Of a stretch of 64,000 nucleotides of DNA, positions 51,244-61,654 are shown piece after piece. This DNA is from an uncultured Candidatus Rokubacteria bacterium (lineage in GTDB: Bacteria; Methylomirabilota; Methylomirabilia; Rokubacteriales; CSP1-6), in the NCBI GenBank assembly GCA_963754315.1, contig CAVWFS010000020.1:32001-96000 (forward strand), in the 5' to 3' direction. A program made the translations under genes and the position numbers. The notes below the pieces were generated by a model. It did not search any database and had not been told where the DNA came from. It saw nothing but the letters and a program-made list of their open reading frames with translations. How positions within the stretch are numbered: position 1 is the first letter of the stretch; each line of letters starts with the position of its first letter.

Positions 51244-54200
51244 TCACCACGGATCGATGTACGGGTACTTCTTTCCGATCCGCGCTGGCACCGGCGGCAG
51301 GCGTTTCAGGCCGCTGGCGATCCAGGCGCGCGTGTCCGCAGGGTCGATCACGTCGTCGATCCCGCCTCCGGCCGCGGCATTCACCGCCTTGGCTCGGTCG
51401 TAGGCCATCGCGGTCCGGCGCTGGAACTCGGCGAGCCTCGCTTCGGGATCCTCGATCGCGATGAGCTCCTTGCGGTAGCCGAGCTTGACCGCGCCCTCGA
51501 TGTTCATGCCGGCGAACTCGGCGGTGGGCCAGGCCACGGCGAAGAAACCGACCAGGGTGCCCGCGCCGCACATGGCCTGGGCCCCCAGACCGTAAGCTTT
51601 ACGAACGATGACCGTGAACAACGGCGCGGTCATGTTAGCCCCCACGTTGAACAGGCGTGTGCAATGGCGGACCAGCGCCGTCCGTTCCACCTCCGGACCG
51701 ACCATGATGCCGGGGCAATCGACCAGGCTCAGCACGGGAATGTCGAAGGCGTCGCAGAGCTGCATGAACCGTGCGCCCTTGTCGGCCCCGTCCGAGTCGA
51801 TCGCGCCCGCCAGGTGATGGGGATTGTTGGCGATGACCCCCATTGGCCTTCCCTCGACCCGGATGAAGGTGGTGATGATCCCGATGCCGAACTTCTCGCG
51901 AATCTCCAGGACGGAGCCCGTGTCGGCGATGGTGTCGATGATCGCCCGCATGTCGTACAGTCGCAGCCGGTTCTCCGGCACGGCATGACGCAAGCGGCGC
52001 TGGTCGGGCGCGTCCCCGGCGGACACCGTCCCCTGGAAGTAGGAGAGGTATTTCTTCGCGACATCGACGGCCTCGTCCTCGTCCGCTACCAGAATATCGA
52101 CGACGCCGTTCGGGACCTGGACGGACATCGGCCCGACTTCCTCGGGCGTGTAGATGCCGAGTCCTCCGCCCTCGATCATCGCCGGCCCGCCCATGCCGAG
52201 CGTCGAGCCCTCGGTCGCGATGATCACGTCGCTGCACGCGACCAGCGCGGTGTTGCCGGCGAAGGTGCGGCCGTTCACGATCGCGACCAGCGGCACCAGC
52301 CCGCTCAGCTGCGAGAAGGTCGTGAAGGTGTGCGTATCGACCGCGACGCGGGGGCCGATGTCGTCCTCCCCCGGCCGGCCGCCGCCGCCCTCGCCGAACA
52401 GGACCAGCGGCAGCTTGAAGCGCTGCGCCAGCTCGAAGATCCGGTCCTGCTTGTAGTGATTGCGGTGCCCCTGCGTGCCCGCCAGCACGGTGTAGTCGTA
52501 GTGGACAACGACGGCGCGGGACCGCGTTTCGCCGAACAGCGTGCCATTGATGGAACACATGCCCGCGACGACGCCGTCGCCCGGCGTGTTCTTGCGTAAC
52601 GCCTCGATGGTGTTCCGCTGGTGCTGCCGCGCGACGACGAGTGGCCAGTATTCCTTGAAGGACCCGGGATCGACGAGACGGTCGATGTTCTCGCGCGGCA
52701 TGCGGTAGCCCAGCTTCCGGCGCCGGGCAACCGCGTCCGGCCGGTTCTCGTCCAGGCCGAAGGCGTGGCGATCGTAGCTCTCGCGCAGGTCGTCGCGGAT
52801 ATGATCCGGGTCCGGCCCCGCCACGGCGGCGACGGCGCCGCCCACGACCTCGGCTTCCTGGATGAAGACGATGGGATAGCCCTCGCGAACCACGTCGCCC
52901 GGCGCCATCGTGACGCTGCGCACGATGCCGCCATGGGGGGCGGTGATCACGTGCTCCATCTTCATCGCCTCGACGACGGCGAGCTGCTGGCCCTGGCGCA
53001 CCTCGTCACCGATGGCGACGTCGATGGCGACGATGGTGCCCTGGATCGGGGAGGCGACCCCGGCCGAACCGTCGGGTCCGGTCAGTGTCGGAGCCTCGTC
53101 CTCCACGTCCGCCGTCGCCTGCTCCGCTTTCACCTGGCTGTCGTAGGCGAACAGCGCGAGGGGATCGCGACTCTTGACCCGAGCACCGGCGAACCCCCCA
53201 TCGTTCGCCGCGGGCCGCGCCGTCTCCACGAAGCGGCGCCGCTGATCCAGACCTTCGACGACCAGCGCGGCCATGTTCTCGTCGACCCAGCGGGTATGGA
53301 CGCGTCCGGCGGCGAAGTCAGCATGCGCCAGGATGCTGCGGAGGAACGCGATGTTGGTGGCGACGCCTTCCAGCCGGAACTCGCTGAGGGCCCGCGCGGA
53401 ACGCGCCACGGCCCCCGCGAAGTCCGGCGCGTGGACGATGACCTTGGCCAGCAATGAGTCGAACGCGACGCCGGTGCGGTAGCCCGCATATCCGAACCCA
53501 TCCGTCCGCACGCCCAGTCCGTTCGGGGCCTCGTAGACCGTCACGGTGCCGCCGCCCGGGCGTACCGAGCCGTCCGGCCCGATGGTTTCCATGTTCACCC
53601 GCGCCTGGATCGCATAGCCACGTGGTCGGGCGATCCCCGGTACGTCCAGTCCCAGGTCTTTCAATGTCGCACCCTGAGCCAGCCGGATCTGGGCTTGCAC
53701 GAGATCGACGCCGGTCACCGCCTCGGTGACCGTATGCTCGACCTGCAGTCTCGCGTTCGCCTCGATGAAGACAAAGGGCTGTGCGCCCGGGCGACCGGAG
53801 ACATCCACCAGGAACTCGAACGTGCCGAGATTGGTGTATCCGACATGTTTTGCGAACCGCACGGCGGCGTCGATGATGTGACGGCGAAGCCCATCGTCCA
53901 GCGCTGGTGCGGGAGCGATCTCCACGGTCTTCTGGAAGCGGCGCTGGATGCTGCATTCGCGCTCCCCCAAATGCGCGATGCCGCCTTCACGATCGCCGAG
54001 GATCTGCACCTCGACGTGCCGGGCGCGGGGGATGAATTCTTCCACGTAGACCTCGGCACGGCCGAACGCGGCGCCGGCCTCGGACCGGCAGCGGTGGAAG
54101 GCAGCGTCCAGCTCATCGGCTGACAGCACCGCCCGTGTGCCGCGACCGCCGCCACCGGCCAGTGCCTTGATGATCATCCCGCTGCCCGAGGGGAGGGAGG

Positions 54201-54642
54201 CGAAGAAGGCGCGAGCTTCATCGAGCGTGACGGCGTGGTCGAGACCGTGGATCACCGGTACGGACGCCGCGGCGGCCGCGACCCGGGCGCGCGCCTTGTC
54301 GCCAAACAGCTCCAGATGCTCCACGTCCGGCCCGACGAAGGTAAGGCCAGCCTCGGCGCACATCCGCGCAAAATCCCCGTGCTCGGCGAGGAACCCGTAG
54401 CCAGGGTGGAGGGCGTCGCAGCCGGACACTCTCGCCGCCGCGATCACGGCCCCGGCATCGAGATAGGCGGCCGCGCCCTGACCCGGCAAAGCCCGGACGT
54501 CGTCGGCCACGCGGAGGTGCAGGCTGTGGGAGTCGTCTTCCGAATACACGGCAACGGTGGGCAAACCCATGTCGGCCGCAGCGCGGGCGATGCGGATGGC
54601 GATCTCGCCCCGGTTGGCGATCAGCAGTCTCGTCACGCTCAT
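51244..54642 (-). CDS. Single-chain biotin-dependent acyl-CoA carboxylase (BC-BCCP-CT)
   Basis: ANRGEIA, HPGYGFLAE, RECSIQRR; biotinyl EAMKME; CT motifs DYTVLAGTQG, EGGGGR, VDCPG. Confidence 0.93.
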   Translation of the reverse strand: MSVTRLLIANRGEIAIRIARAAADMGLPTVAVYSEDDSHSLHLRVADDVRALPGQGAAAYLDAGAVIAAARVSGCDALHPGYGFLAEHGDFARMCAEAGLTFVGPDVEHLELFGDKARARVAAAAASVPVIHGLDHAVTLDEARAFFASLPSGSGMIIKALAGGGGRGTRAVLSADELDAAFHRCRSEAGAAFGRAEVYVEEFIPRARHVEVQILGDREGGIAHLGERECSIQRRFQKTVEIAPAPALDDGLRRHIIDAAVRFAKHVGYTNLGTFEFLVDVSGRPGAQPFVFIEANARLQVEHTVTEAVTGVDLVQAQIRLAQGATLKDLGLDVPGIARPRGYAIQARVNMETIGPDGSVRPGGGTVTVYEAPNGLGVRTDGFGYAGYRTGVAFDSLLAKVIVHAPDFAGAVARSARALSEFRLEGVATNIAFLRSILAHADFAAGRVHTRWVDENMAALVVEGLDQRRRFVETARPAANDGGFAGARVKSRDPLALFAYDSQVKAEQATADVEDEAPTLTGPDGSAGVASPIQGTIVAIDVAIGDEVRQGQQLAVVEAMKMEHVITAPHGGIVRSVTMAPGDVVREGYPIVFIQEAEVVGGAVAAVAGPDPDHIRDDLRESYDRHAFGLDENRPDAVARRRKLGYRMPRENIDRLVDPGSFKEYWPLVVARQHQRNTIEALRKNTPGDGVVAGMCSINGTLFGETRSRAVVVHYDYTVLAGTQGHRNHYKQDRIFELAQRFKLPLVLFGEGGGGRPGEDDIGPRVAVDTHTFTTFSQLSGLVPLVAIVNGRTFAGNTALVACSDVIIATEGSTLGMGGPAMIEGGGLGIYTPEEVGPMSVQVPNGVVDILVADEDEAVDVAKKYLSYFQGTVSAGDAPDQRRLRHAVPENRLRLYDMRAIIDTIADTGSVLEIREKFGIGIITTFIRVEGRPMGVIANNPHHLAGAIDSDGADKGARFMQLCDAFDIPVLSLVDCPGIMVGPEVERTALVRHCTRLFNVGANMTAPLFTVIVRKAYGLGAQAMCGAGTLVGFFAVAWPTAEFAGMNIEGAVKLGYRKELIAIEDPEARLAEFQRRTAMAYDRAKAVNAAAGGGIDDVIDPADTRAWIASGLKRLPPVPARIGKKYPYIDPW

Positions 54643-54672
54643 GGTGTCTTTCGCTTCATCCGTGAAGGGCGT

Positions 54673-55881
54673 TCACCGCGTCGATGGTCCCCCGATGACG
54701 CCCTGGTCTCGCAAGGCGGCCACGGTCTCCGGACTCATGGCGAGTAGCTCGCGCAGTACCTCCGCCGTGTGTTCGCCCAGCATCGGGGACGGTGTCCGCA
54801 CCGAGCCCGGTGTCTCGGAGAGGCGCACCGGGGCACCTACCATCTTCACCGTGCCCGCGCGTGGATGCTGCATCTCCACGAGGGTGCCGCGAGCCTTGAC
54901 CTGGGGATGCGCGACGACCTGCGCGATGTTGTTGATGGCGCCGAAGGGGATGCCCTCGGGCAGGAAGATGGCCTCCCACTCCTCGTAGGTCTTCGTCAAC
55001 AAGACCTCCTGAAGCAGCGGGATGAGCGTGGCACGGTTCTTCGCGCGGTCGGCGTTCCGGCGGTAGCGCGGGTCGTTCGCCAACTCCGGTCGGCCGATCG
55101 CGGGACAGAAGATCTGCCAGAGCTTCTCGCTGCCGACCGCGAGGGCGAGGTCCCGGGTCTTGGTCCGGAACGTCTGATAGGGGAGCAAAGCCTTGTAGGC
55201 GGTGCCCATGGGTGCGGGCAGCTCCCCGTCGGCGAGGAAGCCTCCGATCATGGTGCCGAGGAGCGACATCTGCCCCTCGAGCATGGACACGTCGATGGCC
55301 TGGCCGCGCCCGGTCCGCTCCTTCACGCGTAGCGCCAGCATGATCCCGAAGGCCGCGTACATACCCGCCGTCATGTCCGCGATCGAGGTCCCCGCGCGCA
55401 CGCCCCGGCCACCTTCCTCGCCGGTCACCGAGATCATGCCGCTCTCGGCCTGGAGGATGAGGTCGAGCGCGGCGCGATCGCGATAGGGGCCGTCCTGGCC
55501 GAAGCCGGACACCGAGCAGTAGATGATGCCGAGGTTTCGCTTGCGCGCCTCCGCATAGGCCAGGCCCAGGCGCTCAAGCGCACCCGTGCGGTAGTTCTCG
55601 AGGACGACGTCGGCGCGCTCGACGAGCTCGAAGAAGAGCTCCTTGCCCCGCGGATGCTTGAGATCCACCTCGATGCCCTGCTTGTTGCGGTGCAGGCTCA
55701 CGAAGTACGCGGTCTCGCCGCCCGGCAGCGGCGTGCCCCACGCGCGCGCGATGTCGCCCGCACCCTTGGGCTCGAGCTTGATCACCCGCGCGCCGAAGTC
55801 GGCGAGCATGGTGGAGCAGAAGGGGCCGGCGAGGGCGTGGCTCAGATCGATGACGGTGACGTCTTCGAGCGGCAGGCGCAT
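54673..55881 (-). CDS. Family III CoA-transferase (CaiB/BaiF)
   Basis: VIDLSHALAGP, LADFGARVIKLE, RNK, SGFGQDGPY, IADMTAG, PMLGEHT; GAGGAG RBS before 55881. Confidence 0.93.
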   Translation of the reverse strand: MRLPLEDVTVIDLSHALAGPFCSTMLADFGARVIKLEPKGAGDIARAWGTPLPGGETAYFVSLHRNKQGIEVDLKHPRGKELFFELVERADVVLENYRTGALERLGLAYAEARKRNLGIIYCSVSGFGQDGPYRDRAALDLILQAESGMISVTGEEGGRGVRAGTSIADMTAGMYAAFGIMLALRVKERTGRGQAIDVSMLEGQMSLLGTMIGGFLADGELPAPMGTAYKALLPYQTFRTKTRDLALAVGSEKLWQIFCPAIGRPELANDPRYRRNADRAKNRATLIPLLQEVLLTKTYEEWEAIFLPEGIPFGAINNIAQVVAHPQVKARGTLVEMQHPRAGTVKMVGAPVRLSETPGSVRTPSPMLGEHTAEVLRELLAMSPETVAALRDQGVIGGPSTR

Positions 55882-56106
55882 GTGGTTCGTCTCCTCGCGG
55901 CCCATAGTAGCCCAGCGGCCGCGGGAGGTGGCCGCCCAGCTCCTCCGGTATCACGGCCCGGGCGAAGCGCTGGGCAGCATGGTACTGGGCGAGCTCTCTT
56001 CATCCCTCGGCAGAGGACTTGGGACGAGGCTATGATCGGTATGTTCGGGAGCCGATGCGCGTGAGCTCCCGAGTCCGCCCTGTGACCTCGAGAGAGGAGA
56101 GGCGAC

Positions 56107-56943
56107 ATGACCGAGCCCATCTGGAACGCGTTTCTCACCGACCGTGACAAGGCCGTGTTCAAGGCATCCGGGTACGGCGCCCGGGGGGGATTCGGGCAAC
56201 GCCCGGCCCTGCTCGTGGTCGACGTGAACTACGCCTTCTGCGACGAGCGTCCCCTGCCCATCCTCGAATCGATCAAGCGGTGGCGCAACTCGTGCGGCGA
56301 GGATGCCTGGATCGCCATGCCCTACCTCAAGTCGCTAATCGAAAAAGCGCACGCCAAGGGAATCCCAGTCATCTACACCACGGGCGTACGGCGGGCCGAC
56401 AACTGGGATAGCGGCAGCTGGAGTTGGAAGAACGGTCGCTCGGGTGAGGACGAAACCGTCAGGCCCCGCACCTACGTCGACGGCAACGACATCGTAGCTG
56501 CCATCGCGCCCGGCCCGCGCGACATCGTGGTCTTCAAGCAGAAGCCGTCAGGCTTCTTCGGCACCAACATGGCGAGCTATCTCACCCTGTTGGGCTGCGA
56601 CAGCGTCATCGTCACCGGCACGACCACCTCCGGCTGTGTGCGCGCGACGGTCCTCGACGCCTTCAGTCTGAACTATCGCATCGCTGTCGCGGAGGAAGCC
56701 TGCTTCGATCGCAGCCAGGCAAGCCACGCCATCAATCTATGCGACATGAACGCCAAGTACGCCGACGTGGTGAAGACGGCGGAGGTTCTGGAGTTCTTCG
56801 ACAACCTGCCCGTGAACATGTTCGATCTGCCTAAGGGGGCATCCGTCGAGACGCCAGACCTAACCCCGAAGCACGTGGTGAATTTCTGCAACTCCGTCGG
56901 GGCCCGAGCTCCGCAGCGAGCTTCACCCCCAGCCTCGCGGTAG
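56107..56943 (+). CDS. Isochorismatase-family cysteine hydrolase (maleamate/N-carbamoylsarcosine amidase-like)
   Basis: ALLVVDV, KQKPSGFFGT, GTTTSGCVRATVLDA (Asp-Lys-Cys triad); last ~30 aa run into integrase-derived DNA. Confidence 0.9.
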   Translation: MTEPIWNAFLTDRDKAVFKASGYGARGGFGQRPALLVVDVNYAFCDERPLPILESIKRWRNSCGEDAWIAMPYLKSLIEKAHAKGIPVIYTTGVRRADNWDSGSWSWKNGRSGEDETVRPRTYVDGNDIVAAIAPGPRDIVVFKQKPSGFFGTNMASYLTLLGCDSVIVTGTTTSGCVRATVLDAFSLNYRIAVAEEACFDRSQASHAINLCDMNAKYADVVKTAEVLEFFDNLPVNMFDLPKGASVETPDLTPKHVVNFCNSVGARAPQRASPPASR

Positions 56944-57088
56944 TCGCTATTCGTCGCCTCCGCGGTCGCGATGCGATCTACGGGGACTCCGTCCGCCAAC
57001 ATCTGAAGGGCTTGCAGATCCAAGAGGTCCTCCCGGCCGCCCAAAGTCCGTGGCAGATCCGTTCGCCGAGCGCGTCATCGGCTCGCTT
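56869..57088 (+). mobile_element. Decayed integrase-core (rve/IS481-like) transposase fragment
   Basis: Reads RGRDAIYGDSVRQHLKGLQIQEVLPAAQSPWQ/NPFAERVIGSL, matching the DRD-IYG...SPWQN-AER-IGS pattern. Confidence 0.65.
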
Positions 57089-57209
57089 GACGTTCTCGGA
57101 ACCAATCCGAAACGCCTCGCCTGCGCGGATCGCCTTTTCGACCGGGACAGGGTGATTCTCAGCGCTGATCGCGACCAATCCCAGCTCGATGATTACCCTC
57201 CCCTTCGAC

Positions 57210-58080
57210 CTACCGCTGACCCCACGCGGGAGTCGGGAACCGGGGCTTCGAGGTGGCGAATCGATCGGGCCAGAGCACCACCTTCACGCCGTCTTGCCAC
57301 TGCACCAGGAGACCCTTGTTGGCGATCTGATATCCGCGCTCGTCGACGGCGTAATCGCCGAAGATCGTCGTGGTCTTGAGCTTCAGCAGCCGGTCGCGAA
57401 CCTGGTCAGAGTCCACGCTGCCTGCCCGTCGTGCGGCCTCCGTGAACAGCTGGCAACCAGCGTAGGCGCCGGCGGCGTGCAAGCTCGGAGGCTTGTGGAA
57501 CTCCTTCTGATAGGCATCGACGAATTCCTTAACCCCGGGGTACGGGACGCTCGGTTCCCAGGGGGACGCACCATACGCGAACTCGGCCGCCCTGCCGAGC
57601 GCCTGCTGGAACTCGACGACCGCTGTCGTGGTCCCGAACATCTTAACGTTGACATCGCGCTCCTTCATCTGACGTGCGAAGACGATGAAGTCGGTGAGGT
57701 TCGCGCTCGCGATACCCAACACGTCGGGGTTGGCCGCCTTGACCTTCGCCAGGATCGCGGAGAAGTCCTGGTTGCCCTTCGCGTACTCCTCGTGGAGGAC
57801 GACATCCAGGCCGTTCTTCCTGGCGAGATCGATGGTGCCCTTGGCGGCGGATCTGGGGAAGATCGTGTTCTCGCTGACGAGGCCGACAGTCTTGAGCCCG
57901 TGGCGCGCCGCGAGGTCGATCAGCCCCGCCAGGAAGAGTTCCGAGGGGCCAAGTTGCATGACGATGTAGCGCCGCCCCTTCTCCCATATGGAGGACGTCG
58001 CGGCCAGCGGCGCGAGCATGACCTTGCGGTGCTTCTCGACGACGGGCGCCACTGCCTCGGTGAGCGGCGAACCGTAGAGC
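57210..58080 (-). pseudogene. 5'-truncated branched-chain amino acid (LivJ/K-type) substrate-binding protein
   Basis: Homology starts at LYGSPLTEAVAPV; DFSAILAKVKAANPD, TIFG-Y-VDERG, VQWQDG...LWP; no signal peptide or first ~100 aa. Confidence 0.75.
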
Positions 58081-58297
58081 TCATTCGCCGCGTGCCCCCG
58101 CTGCCCCGGCCGAACGGAGGGAAGTGACGGTCGTCCCCAGGGTGGACGCCCCGGCCCTCAGGAGAGCCGCATGAGCCGGCCGGCCGCGCCGACAGCCTGG
58201 CACATTGGACGAAAAGACTCGCCACATCGTTGGCGGCTCAACTGTCCAAGGAACCGGGTGCGATACACTGGGGCGGGTCCCCCTTCGGAGGCTAGGC

Positions 58298-58627
58298 ATG
58301 GAGATGCATGGCATCCCGTTCGGCACCACCGACTGGTCCACCATCGAGCGGACCGAGCATCCCGGGGAACATGGCAAGGCGTACTGGCGCACGCGCGAGT
58401 TCGCCGGGATCCGCGTGCGGATGGTGGAGTACACGCCCGGCTACCTCGCCAACCACTGGTGCGAGAAGGGGCACATCCTGCTCTGTCTCGAAGGCGAGCT
58501 GCAGACGGAGCTGAAGGACGGCCGCAAGGTCACGCTGACGCCGGGCACGAGCTACCAGGTGGCGGACGGCGGGGAAGCGCACCGATCCTACACGCCCACC
58601 GGCGCCAGGCTGTTTATCGTTGACTGA
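58298..58627 (+). CDS. DHCW-motif cupin fold protein
   Basis: PFGTTDW, RVRMVEYTPGYLANHWCEKGH, SYQVAD...H...GARLFIVD; GGAGG RBS. Confidence 0.9.
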   Translation: MEMHGIPFGTTDWSTIERTEHPGEHGKAYWRTREFAGIRVRMVEYTPGYLANHWCEKGHILLCLEGELQTELKDGRKVTLTPGTSYQVADGGEAHRSYTPTGARLFIVD

Positions 58628-58686
58628 GGCTCGACGACCTGGGGTCCCGTCGATGTACGAACCACGGTGAACGGTTCTACGTCAGC

Positions 58687-60525
58687 TCAAATCGCATCGC
58701 CCGCTGGCCAGTCGGTGATGCCGTTCTTGATCGTCCACCCGAGATTGTCGATCGCCGTTCGCATTGCGTCCAACTGGGCGTCGTTGCGGGTGTTCGCCAG
58801 GATCGCCCAGCAGAACCCGTCGGCAGTCCGGACCAGTTCGCTTATGGTCCCGGCGAAGTCCCCGAGATGCCACCAGTTGCCCGCAGGGTTCACGGCCCAA
58901 CCCTTGGCGTAGTTGGCGGGAGCGCCGCCCGGACGTGGCGCCGTGGTGGCAGTCGTCATGGTGGCGATGGTGTTGGACTGGAGCAGGTCCGGCCTTGATG
59001 GGAATCCGTCGAACCGGAGCGCGATGCGCAGCAGGTCGGTCGGGTTGGCGATCCACCCGCCATGAGCATCCATGCGGGCCACTGGCAGGGCGTACGGGTT
59101 GAACATTCCCTGCTGGGTATAGGTGACCTCGTTCGGGCGGCGCTGGGCCAGAGTGTCTCCGGCGATGTGCATGTCCGTTACACCGCAAGGCGCGAGCACC
59201 TGCTGTCGCACGAAGGCGGGGTAGGTCAACCCGGACACCTGCTCCAGGACGCGGCCGAGCACACAGTAGCCGAAGTTCAGATAGTCGAAGATCGCACCCG
59301 GGTTGTTTGCAAGAGTGAGGCCGAGCATCTGGCCGATCAGATCCGCATGAGTGGCGTTGGGTTGGCCAAACATCGGGTCCTGCGCACCGCTCCAGCCGCT
59401 CGTGTGCTCCAGCAGATGCTGCACCGTGATTTGCGTAACCCGCTGGTCCGGATAGGGCGGCGTTCCGAACTGGTTGCCGAGGATGCCGCCTTGCCCGAAG
59501 ACCCGATCGGTGAGCGCAAGCAATCCGGCTTCGATCGCCCGGAAGACCGCGATAGCGGTGATCGGCTTGGAAACGCTGGCGATGCGAAAGAGGTGGCTTG
59601 GCGCGACCGGCGTTCCCGCGCCGTCGGCGGTGCCGAAGCCGCGGGCGAACATCAGGCTGCCGTTGCGGGTCATGGCGATGGAGACGCCCGGCACGTTGTG
59701 AGCGTTCATGAAGTTCTGCACCGCTTGGCGGATGGTCGTCTCGTCGCGATCGGACAGGAAGGGCTTGTGCCAGATCGAGGCGTAATGAACCGTGCCGCCC
59801 TCGGGGTATCCGTTCACTTTGACCAGCCGGTACCCGCGATCCACCAAGCCATTGAATTCCGCCTGATGTTGCGCGGCATCGAGCCCGTGCCGGCCCTGCC
59901 AGGTCAGGGCCGGTCCACGGCTCCAGAGGGCAGCGTAGCGGGTTTGTCCGCCGTCCAGATATCCGCTCACCCGCCGCAGGAAGAAACCATGGGCGGCCCA
60001 ATGATCGAACTGCTGCTGGTATTCTCCAGCCGCCATGCCGTGGCGTGCAACCCATTCCGGCGTCGCTTCCCGCTCCCAGATGGAGGCGAAGCGCACCTGG
60101 CCGGCTTCGGTGTAGCCACACAAGTCCACCGGGCGGAAGCCTTCGTTCGGAAGCGTGTCCACCTGCTCCTGCCACTGCGCCGGGGTGAGACCGTGCCGCG
60201 CCCTCACTTCCGGTCCTTGTATGGCCTGCCAGATGGAACTGAAGCGAATCCCGCCTGGCGTGTCATGGCCGCTTACCGCGATCGGGCGGAACCCTTGCGC
60301 AGGCAGGGTCGCGAACAGCTGCTGGTGCGCGGCTCCGGTGATGCCGTGGCGTACTTCGGTTGCGGGTCCCGGCGACTGCTCCCAGACTCCGGAAAACCGT
60401 TCGACGCCGTTTGCGCTGGCGCCGTTCACGTCGATCGGGCGGAAGCCCTGAGTCTTCAGAAGATCGAACGCACTCTGAAAATCCGCGCCGGAGAGGTTGT
60501 GACGAGCCTGCCATGCCGCGACCAT
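58687..60525 (-). CDS. Serine hydrolase (class C beta-lactamase fold) with five N-terminal ~51-aa tandem repeats (BTRD1/polyglycine hydrolase-like)
   Basis: 5x W-ARHG...GFRP...G...RF--IW; FRIASVSK (SxxK), LLEHTSG, YLNFGY, WHLG; AGGAGG RBS before 60525. Confidence 0.9.
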   Translation of the reverse strand: MVAAWQARHNLSGADFQSAFDLLKTQGFRPIDVNGASANGVERFSGVWEQSPGPATEVRHGITGAAHQQLFATLPAQGFRPIAVSGHDTPGGIRFSSIWQAIQGPEVRARHGLTPAQWQEQVDTLPNEGFRPVDLCGYTEAGQVRFASIWEREATPEWVARHGMAAGEYQQQFDHWAAHGFFLRRVSGYLDGGQTRYAALWSRGPALTWQGRHGLDAAQHQAEFNGLVDRGYRLVKVNGYPEGGTVHYASIWHKPFLSDRDETTIRQAVQNFMNAHNVPGVSIAMTRNGSLMFARGFGTADGAGTPVAPSHLFRIASVSKPITAIAVFRAIEAGLLALTDRVFGQGGILGNQFGTPPYPDQRVTQITVQHLLEHTSGWSGAQDPMFGQPNATHADLIGQMLGLTLANNPGAIFDYLNFGYCVLGRVLEQVSGLTYPAFVRQQVLAPCGVTDMHIAGDTLAQRRPNEVTYTQQGMFNPYALPVARMDAHGGWIANPTDLLRIALRFDGFPSRPDLLQSNTIATMTTATTAPRPGGAPANYAKGWAVNPAGNWWHLGDFAGTISELVRTADGFCWAILANTRNDAQLDAMRTAIDNLGWTIKNGITDWPAGDAI

Positions 60526-60577
60526 CTGTGCCCTCCTGCTTGCTGATGCTGCAATGGGCGAGAATGAGGACACCTCC

Positions 60578-61654
60578 CTAGGTGAATGCGGGGATGACGT
60601 GACGGCCAAACAAGTCGATCGAGCGCATGATCCGTGTATGGGCCAGGTTACCCATCTGCATGAAGCAGAGGATCTGGTCCACGCCGGCCTCCTGGTACTT
60701 CTGGAGGACCTTGATGACGCTGGCCGGGTTGCCCATGGCGAAGGCGCCCGACTGCATATGGTCCGCAAAGGTCTTGCCCGTGCGCTCTTGCTGAATCGCG
60801 GACACGGCGAATTTGTAAGAATCGGGCACGTGGCGTCCTTGCCAGGGTGCGTAGAGCTTCTCCGCCATCTTGACGAACCATACGCCTTCCGGGCCGGCGA
60901 ATTCGTGCGCCTCTTCGTCGGTGTCGGCACAGTTGGTGACGCACAGCGCCGCGATCTGGTTGTTGATGAAGCTCCCCACGGGTTTGGCGTGTGTGATGCC
61001 CTGGCGATACAGAGCGACCCGCTCGGCCATTTGCGCGTACCCGCCCAGGTTGAAGCAGAGGGCGCCCAGGCCCATTTCCCCGGCAGCCCGGAAGCTGTCG
61101 GGCTGGCTGCAGGCGACCCACAGAGGGGGATGAGGTTTCTGCACAGGCTTGGGAATGACCGAGCGCGGCGGGATCCGATAGAAGCGCCCCTCGTGGGTGA
61201 AGGGGTCCTCCGTCCACATGCGGGGAATCATGGCGACGGCTTCTTCCCACTGGGCTCTGGTCTCCTCGGGGTCGACCTGGAAGCCGTCCATTTCGATGAG
61301 CGTGGTGGACCGCCCGGTCCCTAGATCCATGCGGCCATCGCTGACGATATCGAGCACGGCCGCCCGTTCGGCCACCCGGACAGGGTGATTGTACTGGCCC
61401 GGTAGCAGGGCGACGGCGTGGCCAATGCGAATCCGCTTGGTGCGCTGCGAGAGGGCCCCGTAGAGGACTTCCGGCGCCGAACAATGGGAAAACTCCCGCA
61501 AGAAATGGTGCTCCACCGTCCAGAAGTACTGGAAGCCGACCTCATCCGCCAGCTCGACCTGGGCCATGACCTGTTTGTAGCGCTCCTGCTCGATGCCGTC
61601 ATAGTGGGGTTCCGGTATCTGAATTTCATACATGAGCCCGAATTTCATGGTCAT
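60578..61654 (-). CDS. Luciferase-like (LLM) flavin-dependent oxidoreductase
   Basis: MKFGL, WTVEHHF, RIRIGH, HPVRVAE...LDIVSDGR-DLGTGR, PKPVQKPHPPLW. Confidence 0.92.
   Translation of the reverse strand: MTMKFGLMYEIQIPEPHYDGIEQERYKQVMAQVELADEVGFQYFWTVEHHFLREFSHCSAPEVLYGALSQRTKRIRIGHAVALLPGQYNHPVRVAERAAVLDIVSDGRMDLGTGRSTTLIEMDGFQVDPEETRAQWEEAVAMIPRMWTEDPFTHEGRFYRIPPRSVIPKPVQKPHPPLWVACSQPDSFRAAGEMGLGALCFNLGGYAQMAERVALYRQGITHAKPVGSFINNQIAALCVTNCADTDEEAHEFAGPEGVWFVKMAEKLYAPWQGRHVPDSYKFAVSAIQQERTGKTFADHMQSGAFAMGNPASVIKVLQKYQEAGVDQILCFMQMGNLAHTRIMRSIDLFGRHVIPAFT

Noticed and set aside
60526..60930. N-terminal extensions in the ORF track (also 41165-41524, 31787-32047, 21073-21285, 12264-12605)
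   Set aside because: They overlap other genes or lack similarity; RBS and stop/start overlaps support the downstream starts.
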